A stretch of DNA of 64,000 bases. Origin: Octopus vulgaris (lineage: Eukaryota). The position numbers were made by a program, and so were the translations under genes. The stretch is from contig OX597816.1 in assembly GCA_951406725.2 (NCBI GenBank), forward strand, positions 46,562,001-46,626,000. The letters run 5' to 3'. Under the pieces are notes generated by a model. It ran no database searches and was not told where the DNA came from. It saw only the letters and a list, made by a program, of their open reading frames with translations. Numbering within the stretch: position 1 is the stretch's first letter; each line of letters begins with the position of its first letter. Of the stretch, positions 24,505 through 37,063 are shown piece after piece.

Positions 24505-24773
24505 TAAAATTAAGTGATGAAAACCCTAGTCAATAGCAGTAGTTGAGTTTCAAAGCCTGCTTGATACTGTCAGTTTAGCACCTAAAATTCTTCAACTATA
24601 TAAAATTTCTAAGGAACTAGTGATTGTCAGTCACCTGATAGTAAGGATGGAAAGTATGTAAAATATAAAAAATATGATTGTTTTTTTTAAGCATATATGC
24701 ACACAGTATTTCACTTTGAAGTAGCAAAAATGGTTAACAGTTGAAAAGAGAACAAATTTATTAAATCCTAGAT

Positions 24774-25233
24774 CAGGGATGGGCAACTTTATGTCAACCG
24801 AGGGCCGCATTGTACCATTTCCAAGTGGGAGAGGGCCGCATGACAAAACACATATGCATGAAATATTACTTGCCCACTTTACACTGAATTTTTTGCAGTT
24901 CTTCTTAATTTTATGTCTTAGTTTGAAAGTTTACATTAAGCTGGTTTCTCTTTCATTATTTCCTAATGATGATTACTAGTGTCAATAAATTATAGTTGAA
25001 AATGTTGAGGTTAGAAGAAAAAAAAAAAAATGAAAATTCATTGATATTTTATTAAAGAACAAATTTCATTATCTGTATCAATGAGATTTTTGCACATTCC
25101 CATTCTTTACCATATTTTCAATATTAGGTAGAATTTGAGATGTCGCTACTCTTAGGTTATACTGCAAATTAGTAACCTAGAAACTCCTTAAGGGCCGCAC
25201 AACATGTCAATGGCTGTAGGTTGCCTATGCATG
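24774..25233. mobile_element. hAT MITE
   Basis: CAGGGATGGGCAAC ... GTTGCCTATGCATG, with subterminal AGGGCCGCA motifs and an 8-bp TSD TCCTAGAT / TTCTAGAT. Confidence 0.75.
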
Positions 25234-25245
25234 TTCTAGATGAAA

Positions 25246-25609
25246 TCTCTCTATATATAAATGGCAAAATGTCTGCGTGTGTGTCCTTTGTACAAATCCA
25301 CAATCTTTCAGCTAGAGGGCTTGCACTTTCTATGGTCATTCAAAACCGTCCAAAGGTGGTCGTGCACATCTTTACATTTCCCCAGTCACCCCGTAAAGCC
25401 ATTAAAAATTCAATAGAAGTGACTTTTTTGTGAATTTTTGATCCAAAACCCAATCAAAATGCCCAAAACTCAATATGCCAATTGAATGCCAGCTAGCGGT
25501 ATGTGTTTGGTTGGAGATTTGGACATTACTCACGTGTATGTGTGCACACACGCAGCTGTATATGCATGCACTAGCACCATGACCCGGCGTTGCCGGGTCA
25601 TAGTGCTAG
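25246..25609 (+). mobile_element. Non-autonomous Helitron
   Basis: A|TCTCTCTATATATAAA ... GACCCGGC-GTT-GCCGGGTC-ATAGTG-CTAG|T. Confidence 0.85.
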
Positions 25610-26414
25610 TACAATATAAATGAAAAGCAGAACACCCACATTAGTTGATAACTTATATTTAGAGAAGTCAACGACAACATCTTAACTAAGTCATAATCAT
25701 ATCTTATTAATGTTCTCCCCCTGCCATTTCCTAATCCCTTCTCAAGCTTTAGCCATCTTTACCAAGAATCCAAAAACAAAGTAAAGGGAGATGGATTAAT
25801 GAAAAAATAATGATAATCATGTAGTGAGGAATCCTTAATAACCCCCAATTTATTAATATTAAAAATGAAGGGAGCAAGTTAGTCATTGACTTATTTAAGG
25901 AGATTAACTTGACACAAGCATATACCACAGTAATCCTTGAGGTACAGCATTTGATATGCCTAAGCTGAAGCCATAAATAAATAAGGTAAAAAATCAGAGG
26001 GAGGAGTTTGCACGTGTGCGCACACACACACACACACACAGATTCTTTATCCCTTAAACATAGATACAATCAAGTTTTACAGTATTCTTTTATCCAGGTC
26101 ACTCTTCCAGATATAGTTAACATTTCTCACTTGTATTGTCTTTCTTAAATCTGTGACTCATCTTCAAACACCACCACCAGCTGGCCATTTGGGTGCTTTT
26201 CAGTTGGGTCCTTTAGCTGAATCCACTACTTGACAAGCATTGGGGGCCAGGTCACTGATATAAGGATAATTGCTGTAGCAATATGATTCATGGTTTCTTT
26301 ATTCCAGCAGTCTTGGAAGCCCTGCCAAATATGCATGGGTGTTTCCCTTCCTCTGTGACTAAGCAATAAAAGAATATATTAATGATGGTGGTGGTAGTAG
26401 TAGTAGTAATAACC

Positions 26415-26835
26415 ATTGATTTAACATTCTCCTTTTCCATGCTTGCATGGGTCAGCAATATTCACTGAGGTGGATTTTCTTTAGCTAGATGCTCTTCCTG
26501 TCACCAACCCTCATGTTTTGAATCAAAGTAATATTTCCCCTGGTCCATTGAACACGGACAGAACAATGGCCCGATGTATTTTTTATGGGAGATTATAAAT
26601 GAATGACACCACTTGTATGACAGTGGCATTTGTTTATAATTAGTGCTCATTGTCAAGATGAGGAGACATATACACTTGAGAACACACACATGGACTTCTT
26701 TTACTTCCTGGCTACCAAATCCACTCATTAGGTTTTTGTTGGCTTGGGGCTGTAGAGCTGTAGTAGAAGATACTTGCCAAAGGTACTATGCAGTGGGACT
26801 GAATCTGAAACAACATGATGGTGAAGTAAACTTCT
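26415..26835 (-). mobile_element. SINE subfamily A2
   Basis: CCATGCTTGCATGGG...GATGCTCTTCCTGTCACCAACC at the left and the family A head at the right. Other copies at ~33365-33782 and ~62005-62380. Confidence 0.7.
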
Positions 26836-26859
26836 TAAATACATAGCCATGCTTGTCCT

Positions 26860-27620
26860 AATAGTATTTCTAACATAGGCTGAAGGCCTGAAGTTTAAGG
26901 AAACGTTAGTTGAATGTAGGGTCTCCGCTATTTGAATAACACTTCATTTTATTGACCCTGAAAGGGTTCAAGGCAAGGTTGACCTCAGAACATAAAGGTT
27001 CAAAGAAATATTGTAAGGCATTCTCTCCAATTTAATAATTGCTTCTAATTTAGAGAGACAGCTGGGAATTTTGAGAAGAGATGGATCTGCTGGTTACATC
27101 AACCCCAATGCTTAACTGCTACTTTTTATCAAACCCCAAATGACAGTTAGCCCTGGTGGGATTTGAACTAAAAACTAGAATTATAACTAGATACTGCAGG
27201 ACATTTTATCTCATGTTCTAACAATTTTGCCAAGTAATTATAGTGATAATAATAATTTAGGCACAAATTTGGTAATTTTGAGGGAAGAGAGTTAGTCACT
27301 ACCATCAGTCCCATTTTATTGACTCTGAGTGGGGATGAAAGGCAAAGTTGGCATTGTCAAGATTTGAACTCAGAATGTAATCACTGAGGTATTTTCCCCC
27401 CTGCAATCTAACAGTTCTGCCTAATCCTTTCTACTATAAGCACAAGGCATGAAAGTTTATGGGGAGGGAGCTAATTGATTACACTGACTTATTTTATTGA
27501 TCCTGGTAGGATGAAAGGCAATGTCAGCCTTGGCAGAATTTGAACTCAGAATGTAAAAATACATGCAATGCTGCAGAACATTTTGCTCAGTGTGCTAACA
27601 ATTCTGCCAGCTCACTGCCA
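26860..27620 (-). mobile_element. Cluster of about four degenerate family B SINEs
   Basis: Repeated GGATGAAAGGC...ATTTGAACTCAGAA units, some separated by (AAT)n runs. Confidence 0.7.
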
Positions 27621-27631
27621 TAATAATAATA

Positions 27632-28215
27632 AATGCCCTGATGCAGTACCAGACAGTGGCTCTCATGGCTTTTGATCATGACTGATTGGAAGTGTTATCA
27701 TGTACATTGTTTTGTCTTGGTATAAAAGATGGGCTACAGCAAATATTTCTGCTCAATACCACAGATTTGCTTGTCAGTTGTTTGACCATAACCAGTTGAG
27801 CATGTCCCTTAGTGGCTGACGATATGTGCATCTCTGATCATGAGCAGAAGTAGTAGTAAGGGAGAATCATAGCCATGTGTTGAGAGGTATTGTTTGGGGT
27901 TTGAAGAAGTCACCTCTGGAAACATGGGTGTTATGTTCAACATCCTTAAACAACCCTTATTCAGGGACCTTTTGAGCAGGATGGGCTACTTGACCTGAAA
28001 AAATTCTAACTGGGCCCCACCTGCAAGGTCATGCGCTGTTTATGTTGATGTGAGATCACCATGTCGTGTACATAGAGTTGAGATGCATGAGCCTGTTATA
28101 TCCTTATCAGACGGGTAATCATGATGGGTATACTGGGCTTCATATACTTGTACCCCAGTGTCACATTGATGGCATGCACTGCTCTCTCACTCAATAATAA
28201 TGATGATGATAATGA
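27632..28215 (+). mobile_element. Probable LINE 3'UTR-type repeat with (AAT/GAT)n tail
   Basis: A GC-richer ~560-bp block bounded by (AAT)n runs and ending CTCTCTCACTCAATAATAATGATGAT. It has no ORF, so the class is inferred from the tail only. Confidence 0.45.
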
Positions 28216-30449
28216 TTTCAAATTTTGGCACGAGGCCAGCTATTTCTGGTGGTGGTGGGAATAAGTCAATTACATGAACCCCAGTGCTTTAGTTGCACCT
28301 ATTTTATCAACCCTGGTAGGATGAATAATAAAGTAAAATACTGCTTTTTACTGATAGACGTGACATTATTATGGTTTAAAAGGAAGAGGGAAATTAAGTT
28401 TATAATGGCCAAGAATGCACCATAAGGGAATCTAAATACCTAGTCTTTGGTGAAATAACTGTGCTGATAATAAATAACTCCTTCAGGTAAATTTTACCAT
28501 AAAAATGTGAGGATTGTATTGTTGATGATGATGGTGGTGGTAGGTATTAAACCTTATCTTCATTTCACAGAAATTGCAGTGTTGTTGTTGCTGATGCTGT
28601 TGGTGGCAGATTTTTGTTTAAAGCTCTTTACTTAATATTAGGATATGATTAGATAATAATTTAACTTATTTGCATTAGGCTTGAAGTCTTAGATGGATTT
28701 TTATAAACTATTTCTGTTTCTTAGTGGATAATGTGAAGAGATTCACGGATTATCCATGAGTCACAATATTGCACAATATTTTGTTGTTGTTTTTTTTTGT
28801 ATTTTTCTCTCTCTAAATTGCATTCATTGATTACTTAATTGTTGTTTGGCCCTAGGTCAGTCCATATCAGGCAGTCCTATGATTTAAAGTATTCTAACCA
28901 TTGATCATGTCTTTACGTATTCAAGTCTATAAAATCTTGCCATGGTCAACGTTGTCTTTCATCCTTCTGGGGTCGTTGGTATCAATTTGCTTGCCTTGTG
29001 CTTAAATTAGAAGTCCTAAATCTATAAACAAATTATTAATAATAGTTTATTTATTTGTCTTGAATGTTTTTGCTTAAGGGAAGCAGATTTATGTGCATTG
29101 ACTAAGGTTACAACTTATAATTAAGAGGTCTAGATATAAGACCTTAATAATAATAATAATCTGAAGTATATTAGCCACTTAAATGTGGCTAACCACTAAG
29201 GGTTGATGCTACTGTAGCTTGTAGCCCCAGGAGAACATCTTCTCCAGCTGACTATTGACACTTTCTGTGCCCTATAAGTATTTGCAAAGAGAAGCCATCC
29301 TTCCCATCGTCGACCTGACGTGATACGCACGGACCCGGGTTTCTGGGTATTTCTGAGGAGAGTGTTTGTCGATTACATCGACCCTTTTACTTAACTGCTA
29401 TGTATTTCATCAACTCTAAAAGGATGGATGACGGACAAAGTCAGCCTCAACAGAATTTGAACTCAGAACAGACGAAAATGCTACAAAGCATTTTTGCCTG
29501 TAATTTTGATGGAAGAGGTTAGTCAATACTATCGATTCCAGTATTTGACTGCTACTTTATTTTATCGACCCCTGTGAGATGAAAGGTAATGTTGATCTCA
29601 GCTGGTTTGAACTTGGAACATAAAGAACCAGATCAAATACTGCAATGCATTTTACCCCCCAACGCATTTGACTATTTATTCTGCCAGTGATGCTGCTAAT
29701 CAGTTTCTCTAATTTTTCTGTGTTATAACTGACAAGTGATCAAAGTAAATAAATTGATTCTGAGGTTTAACCTAGATTTTATTAGTTCAAGACCCTGTTT
29801 TTAATATGACTACAACTACTACTACTACTACTACTACCGCATGGGCTTTTAATCTTCGTAGTTGATCAAGTCATTGATAGATTACTGGCCAGTATTAATA
29901 GGATTATTTTAGTAAATAATGAAACCACACTCCGTGTTCATAAACAGCAATGCTAAGATGTGTAACGCTATCAATTCACCAACTGCCCTCAACCCATCAG
30001 GACTTGCTGCCAACAACTTCTGAGCTGAGAGACAACTACCTTCATTGTTATTGAAGCGTATTCATTACAAATAACTTATATTAGATATATATTTTTTTTA
30101 ACTGTTAGTTTTTGTTTCTGTATCATGAATAATATTTTGTCACACATGAAGTTACTGCTGAAAATAACTGGCAGCTGGCTGACGGCAAACTTTCTCAAGC
30201 AGCTGTTTAACATGTCAGCTTTCGGTCTCCCTCCAAAATCTATCACTTCAACATCTTGACAGAATTTACTATATAATTTGTCATAATTTTTCGTTGTGTT
30301 TATTTTCGCTCGGTGCAGATAGTTGGATATAACCGTAAGTTTCTAACCATCTTATTTACTCTCTTCCGTTCGGAAAAAAAAAGGTATATACCATTTACTA
30401 ATTTCTTTGTTTATAAATGATGGGAAGAAATTGATTGCGTGCACTAAAC

Positions 30450-30670
30450 CAGCAGTCTCAACCTTTGTTTTTTGCACCAGGGACCGGCGGACATCACGCA
30501 CATAATAAAACACATGCATAATATAGAATTGACTTATTACATATAAATTATATATATAATGCAAAAACGTCCAGCTGACAGCAATCGTCAATAAAATAGA
30601 ATTAAAATCTAAAACATTTTCTTTCTGTGCCACCCAGTACCAAATGATTCGCGGTTCAGTGGTCAGAGAC
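30450..30670. mobile_element. hAT-like MITE fragment, same family as 46932-47180
   Basis: Starts CAGCAGTCTCAACCTTT. Shares ATATATAATGCAAAAAC...GTCAATAAAATAGAA...CCAGTACCAAATGAT with 46932-47180. Confidence 0.65.
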
Positions 30671-32839
30671 AAAAAAAATATTTAATGTATTTTGCTATTT
30701 CTGCACATTACGACAATCTAATTAACCTCAAGATGAAACAACTACTAATTATTACTGATTCTGTTTCCTTTTTGTTGCTTGTAACTTCATAAACAACTTT
30801 CAAGCACTCCCTTTTATCGTGATTGAATTGTTCCCCCTTTCAGGATTTTTCGTTTACCAAATTGCCTTTGTTTCCCTTCCCCTGCCCTGTTGGGGGTCAC
30901 ACTATTGTGTTTTTAGGGAGACCTCTATTGTAGTCAGCAGGTGTTTTCTTTCATCACAGTTCCTTTACATCTGAAGAATTCTGTAACTTCTTCTTGACAC
31001 GTTTTTTTCTTCTTTCTGTTGAAGGCCAGTAAATCTGAGTGCTATGGATAATAACTATATAATCCAATCAATATACGACTGATGTCACTTCTACAATTAT
31101 ATTAATACGTAAATAACTATTCCGTTTTGATTGGTACCTCCAACCCACCCCAACTATAAGTGGAATCTACTTAAAAATTCAAAATGGGTCAATTATCTCA
31201 CCAATAATTAACCTAATTCTGTCATCAATCCATCTATTCCACAAATAATTGGTCACATTTCTTAATAATTGATTGTTGCTGATAATAATTATTTTACTGA
31301 CTTTACATAATTCTTTCAAAATAGGAATTCTGTCCAGTACTTGTTTATCTGCCCATCCTTATCTGCTCCCTATTTAACAGAGAAAAAGTTAGGGGGGATG
31401 AATAAATGATTATTCAACACATTATATTAGAATTTTTTTTTATGTGGTATTGACATATAACTGGTGTCTTGAGTCATAAATTAATTTCGTTTTTAATCTA
31501 CATCATTAGTAATGGGTATGGGCAACCTTTTTTGAGAAGTTAGTCTCATTACTAAAAAAAAAAAAAAAAAAATCCAAGATAATTTTTCATTTGGTGTACC
31601 ATTCAGAAATTCTTGTGGGCGGCAAGTTGCATACAACTGTTCTATAGCTAAATCTACCACTTTGTCATTGCATTAATCCATTCTCTCCTTTCATTAATTT
31701 CATTCTCTCCTGGGCAAGTTTCTGATAAACAAAAACATTTTACGCATTTTAAAAACAGGGGTTTGTTAGCATTTTGCATTGTATTTTTAAATATTTGCAG
31801 CTTTTAAATTTGTTTTTCGTGTTGGAATAGTTGGGTAATGAATGCATTGTTGATGTGTATTGAAAAATGATTTTGATTCAGTTTGTTTTGAAGCATGGTA
31901 GCTATTGGAAAGAATAGATAGAACATTAGAGGAACTATATTGCAGTATTTCTTTCAGTTTCATGTATTCTGATTTCAAATCTTCTCAAGGTCAACTTTAC
32001 TTTTTCATCATTCTAGCATTGATAAAAATATAAAGTAGTAGTCTAGAAGGGAGGATGGAGTGGTAGAATTATTAGCACACCAGACAGGAGGCCTTGCACC
32101 ATATCTTCTGCTCATTGCATTCTGAGTTCAAACTGCAATACGGCCTTCTTGGGTGATAAACTTATTTCATTACCCAGTTTAATGCCACCACTTTATCTTT
32201 GGTTCTGTTACAAGCACTGTTTAGGTATCCAGTTTGATGGCAACTCATCCCCTCTCTCTAGTCTCAGTTCAGTGGTCCTAAAAAAGGATCATGAGTAGCA
32301 ACCTTCCCTCTTGGTTAAGACATTTTTTTAAGTTTTCAAAGAAATCAAACTATATTTTTCTGCATATAAGCCAATATAGTGTAAATATGTAGTGTAAACA
32401 TTCAGACATCACCACTATCTCTCCAAATCCCGCTGCATTTCATATGGAAGTTTTGGTCCGCCAATATGGTTTTGGTATATAAGTTGACTTTGGTCTGAAA
32501 AATTTGTCTTGTATGCCTGAATGTATGGTAGTTAGGTAGTGCCAGAAATCTCAAACGATTTTGTCTAATAATCTATCACTCTTGCATGTGATGAGAGACT
32601 TTAGATACAAGATGAAAATAAATCTTTGGTCAGGAGTAACTTCCTTTATGTACTGGCTGAATTACAAAATCATCTCATCACGTATTTATTTTATACTTGA
32701 CCAGGCAAAAAATATAGCAAAAAAAAAAAAAAAATGTAACTTTTGTGTATTGTTTATTTTCACATGCTTATTTTCATTCTGAAAAATAAGTTAAATTGTT
32801 CTTTGTTGTTGACTAAAGGTTGGTTTATTTTATTTGCAG

Positions 32840-32945
32840 ATGATATAATCCAAAACCATCTTCCTATCGAATCCGGTCCACAGAAATCTCTTAACATACT
32901 TTCGCATTCAATCACTTTTTTCGCTCTGTTGTTCTTTGTGTCACC
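32840..32945 (+). other. 5'UTR portion of the first coding exon
   Basis: The acceptor TTTATTTTATTTGCAG ends at 32839. An in-frame TGA at 32841 precedes the ATG, so one or more upstream non-coding exons are implied. Confidence 0.65.
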
Positions 32946-33308
32946 ATGGAGAATTACATGCAACAACAAGAGTTTTCTGAAGCTAAAAACCGGATGAGTT
33001 TATTTGAATCAGAATTTGAAGATGGTTGCTTCCTGCAAAAGCTGATGAAAGAGAACTCTCCTTCCTTTCCTAAACGTCGTAGACTGGAAGAGGATGCTCA
33101 GAGTTGCATCAGCAGCCGGACTGATTCACCAGTATCTGTTGACAGCTTCATGGATGAAAGTTTCTGTCCTACACCAACTGACTCTCCTTCCACTCGGGTG
33201 GCAACACTATCGGATTTTAAAAAACATTATAAAAAGGATGAACTTTGGGCTGCTATTGAATCTAATTACCAATATCTTATGGATGATGAAATCATTGAGA
33301 CATGTAGG
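32946..33308 (+). CDS. First coding exon (121 aa) of a probable spectrin-repeat scaffold protein (Klarsicht/nesprin/AKAP6-like, family unconfirmed)
   Basis: ATG in CACCATGG context, protein-like composition (MENYMQQQEF...PKRRRL...DELWAAIESNYQYLMDDEIIETCR), and a canonical AGG|GTAAGT donor at 33309 in phase 0. Confidence 0.85.
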
Positions 33309-35569
33309 GTAAGTCACAACTATTACTTATGAAATATATTTTTGCTTTCAATTTTATTTCTTCTTTTCATGCTGGTAACAGATGGGCTACAAATTTATGT
33401 GAGACAGAATTTTACTGCCTGATGCTCTTCCTGTTGCTCACCTTTAACTGTTTTTCAAGTAGGGATTTTTTGAATTTTTTTTTCTTTTCATTTCACCAGT
33501 CATAATATCAACATGGAATGTAAACATCATATCAACATTTCACTCAGGCAGTGACAAGTGAAGTCACATGGAATGACAACATTCATATACATATGCATAC
33601 ACAAAGACATGTCATGCATATATGACAAGCTTCCTCGCAATTTCTGTCAATCAAATTCACTCATGAGGTATTATTCTGCCAGGACTATAGTAGAAGATAC
33701 TTGATTAAAGTGCCACACAGTTGAACCAAACCTGAAACTATATGGTTACAAAGCAAAATTCTTAACTACACAGCCATGCCTGTCAGGATCCAAAAACAAA
33801 ATATGTTAAGACTGTAATGTAATTATTAAGGTAACCAATACAGTTGTTATGAATAAATGTATATATAGATTCATAACCATATGTATTTAGTCTCGATGTG
33901 AAAGTCAGTCTATAAGGGCATTTTTGGTGATCCAGGACAAGGATCAAACTGATTGCTTTCATTGGCTATCTACCAGTTCATCAGGATTTGTTACATTCCC
34001 CCTCCCAAACTACTGATGATATGAGCTGAAAGTTACTTTAAATGTAAACATATGTTTACATTTGTTCATATATATATATATATGAACAAATTCAATTGAC
34101 ACCACGAGGTTGATGACTAAGAAATAATTACAAGCACTAAGTAATTTTAAGTGACTGTCCTTTTTCAAGTGTGACCATTCTTGAAATAAGGGTTCTTTCT
34201 GTCTTAAAAAATGGTAATTCAAGTAAACAAAATATTATTTTGTAGAAACTTCTCATCTCCAATATCCTTTCTTTTAGGATAGCTTGTTACTTTTTAACTG
34301 TTTCGCTGTCACATGAGTTATAGTGGTAGTTACCAATATATCACCAATAGTTACGTGTGATATATGGTTCCAATTTACCAAGACTATTGCTGCTGCTGTT
34401 GCAACAGGCCCTGCTCTTCTCAACTAGGTAACTGGACACCACTTCAACACAGCCAAAATGACACACCCATTTCCTTCTTTCTCCTCATTCTGACATATTT
34501 CACCCCACTCCTAGCTAGGCCTTACACTTGACTCTTTAAACAGTCATTTCCTCATAAGCTGCAATCCTTTAGAATTCTTCTCCAATCGTATTTTTCAGGG
34601 GTGTATATAATAAAGGTCTCTTGCCTGTGTAAAGAAAAAGAAAAAAAAAATGTATCAATAATTTATACTGGGTGCAGAAGAGTTCTGATTTGTTCAGTTA
34701 ATTGGTTGTTGTAATAAACAAACCAACAACAGGAGATGAAGTAGTTGGATGAAGTTTGTCACACCTCACAATGGAAATGATGCAAGACTGTAACACATTG
34801 TAACACAATGCTCTGTTGTAATATTGTACACATGACCAATCTATTCCAGTTTAGAGAAGGGTGCCACTATACTCAAAAGCTACAAAATTCCCTGCCCAAT
34901 ATCCCTCAGTTTTTAAAAATGGTTATACATTAGATAATGAAATCTTAGGTACAGCTAAAAAGATGTGAGGTTGGGTCTCCTTAATATAACATGATGTCAC
35001 TTAAACTAGTTATTCTTTGGATGACAGATCTGCTTGATCAAGGCTGACTTGTGACTAAACAATTCTAGCTTAAGAAAATTAATTATTGTTGGTGACGCTG
35101 ATAATGATAAATCTTATGATTTATAACTTCTTACTCAGTAGGTCAGTATTGACCCAGGCATTATAAGAACATACACAATGCTACTTCAGGCATTGTGGTT
35201 TGTATTTCATCTTTTTTTCATGCTTTTGTACTTTTTTTTCTTTTTCCCAACAAACCACTTAATTTTAAATGTCAACTCAGAAAATTGGGGGTCTCCTTAA
35301 TATAGCATGATGTCACTTAAATATTTCCAGCAATGAATTATGATACTGCTGAACTTCAAGATGCTTGACAGAAAAGAAAAAAAAGTTTTAATATCTTACA
35401 TTGAAACTTTGTACAGTCATTATGTTATGTGATTTATGTATGAGAAGACATATTGCCCTACTTGAACTCAGTGAAACTAACAGAAATTGGTTGGCAATAT
35501 CTCTGATGTCAGTAGTGTGTTTAAAGCAACAAAATAATAATAATGTCTAACTGTTATTTTATGTTTTTT

Positions 35570-35920
35570 TATTCTTTTACTTGTTTCAGTCATTTGACTG
35601 CGGCCATGCTGGAGCACCACCTTTAGTCGAGCAAATCGACCCCAGAACTTATTCTTTGTAAGCCTAGTACTTATTCTATTGGTCTCTTTTGCCAAACCAC
35701 TAAGTTACGGGGACGTAAACACACCAGCACTGGTTGTCAGACACACAAACATATACATACATATATACGACGGGTTTCTTTCAGTTTCCGTCTTACCAAA
35801 TCCACTCACAAGGCTTTGGTCGGCCCGAGGCTATAGTAGAAGACACTTGCCCAAGGTGCCACGCATTGGGACTGAACCCGGAACCATGTGGTTCATAAGC
35901 AAGCTACTTACCACACATCC
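35570..35920 (-). mobile_element. SINE family A, young copy
   Basis: Reverse complement of the 20231 and 59509 copies. Confidence 0.9.
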
Positions 35921-36129
35921 TATATTAAAAACTGTATTAAAAAAATTTATTTAATGGATCTGTTTTGAAGAATAACTAAAAATTTCAACAACTGCATCAA
36001 CAAACTTAAAGCATGTAATTTGCCCCAGTTGGTTATATAATACTTGCTGGTTTGTCCCTACCCCCTAATCCAACCTTGACAATGATGATGATGGTGGTGA
36101 TGGTGGATTCTTCCTAATTTTCTATGTTG

Positions 36130-36460
36130 AGCATTTAGTTGTTCAATCAATTGAACTGCCTACTCATTGAACTGGCTGAGTATTCCAAGCTGAAAATTCT
36201 CAAGCTGAAATCAGTGTGATACCACATGGGATAAGACTGGACATTTTATCTTTCTTTAACTTGCTGGGTCTAGAAGGAAATGCCTAGGGTCTTCACAGGC
36301 TCTCCTAGACCCATGAAGTTGAAGCCACTAATGTTAATCTTGAACCTTTGTAAGGCAACACTTGAAGGAAAGACATGTGCCAGGAGGGAATTCCAAAGAG
36401 CTGATATTCTTGGAAGGAATGGCTGGGCATAGTGATGAGTAAGGTGGATACCAGATTGAT
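36130..36460 (-). mobile_element. CR1/L2-like LINE 3' end, degenerate
   Basis: A minus frame not in the ORF track reads THHYAQPFLPRISALWNSLLAHVFPSSVALQRFKINIS, matching the F.PR...LWNSLP...FK ORF2 C-terminal motif. Confidence 0.7.
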
Positions 36461-36849
36461 AAGAGGAGGAGAGGCAAGTGGGTCAGGAATACTTGAGTGA
36501 AAGTGACACAAGCCTATCTTGCCTGCCTCCACAAACCTGACCCTTCACTTAAACGTTTCTCCCCAGTCCTTCCTCTACAAGTTGCAATACTAGACTGCCT
36601 AGTCTGTTCATATTTTCCCTTCAGACATGGTACAAATTAAATATCCACTTGAACAACAGTGGACTGCACCAATCTTGATGACACTTTGTGACTTAGTCCT
36701 CATTTAGAGTAAATCATAATAATTATAAGTATTGGTGCTATTCCAAGAAAATACCAACTTTGAACTGAGGTGCACTGAAAAGTGCTTTATTGTGGACATA
36801 CCCAATTACCTGCCAGCATGGAAATATTGAAAGTAAAAATCAATAATAA

Positions 36850-37063
36850 CATCCCTTTCTATTAAAGGCACAAGGCCTGAAATTTTGGGAAGGGAGTAGT
36901 CAATTACATGAACTCCTATGTTTCACTGGTACTTTATCGGCCCCAAAAGGATGAAAGGCAAAATTGACCTTGGCGGAATTTGAACTCAGATTGTAAAGAT
37001 GGACAAAAATACCACTCAGCATTTTGCTCGACATGCTAACTATTCTGCCAGCTCACAGCCTTA
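36850..37063 (-). mobile_element. SINE family B
   Basis: GGATGAAAGGCAAAATTGACCTTGGCGGAATTTGAACTCAG, flanked by (AAT)n. Confidence 0.8.

Noticed and set aside
33940-33992. Minus-strand hammerhead-like CTGATGA...GAAA
   Set aside because: Stems I and II each have mismatches and stem III does not pair, so it is probably chance.
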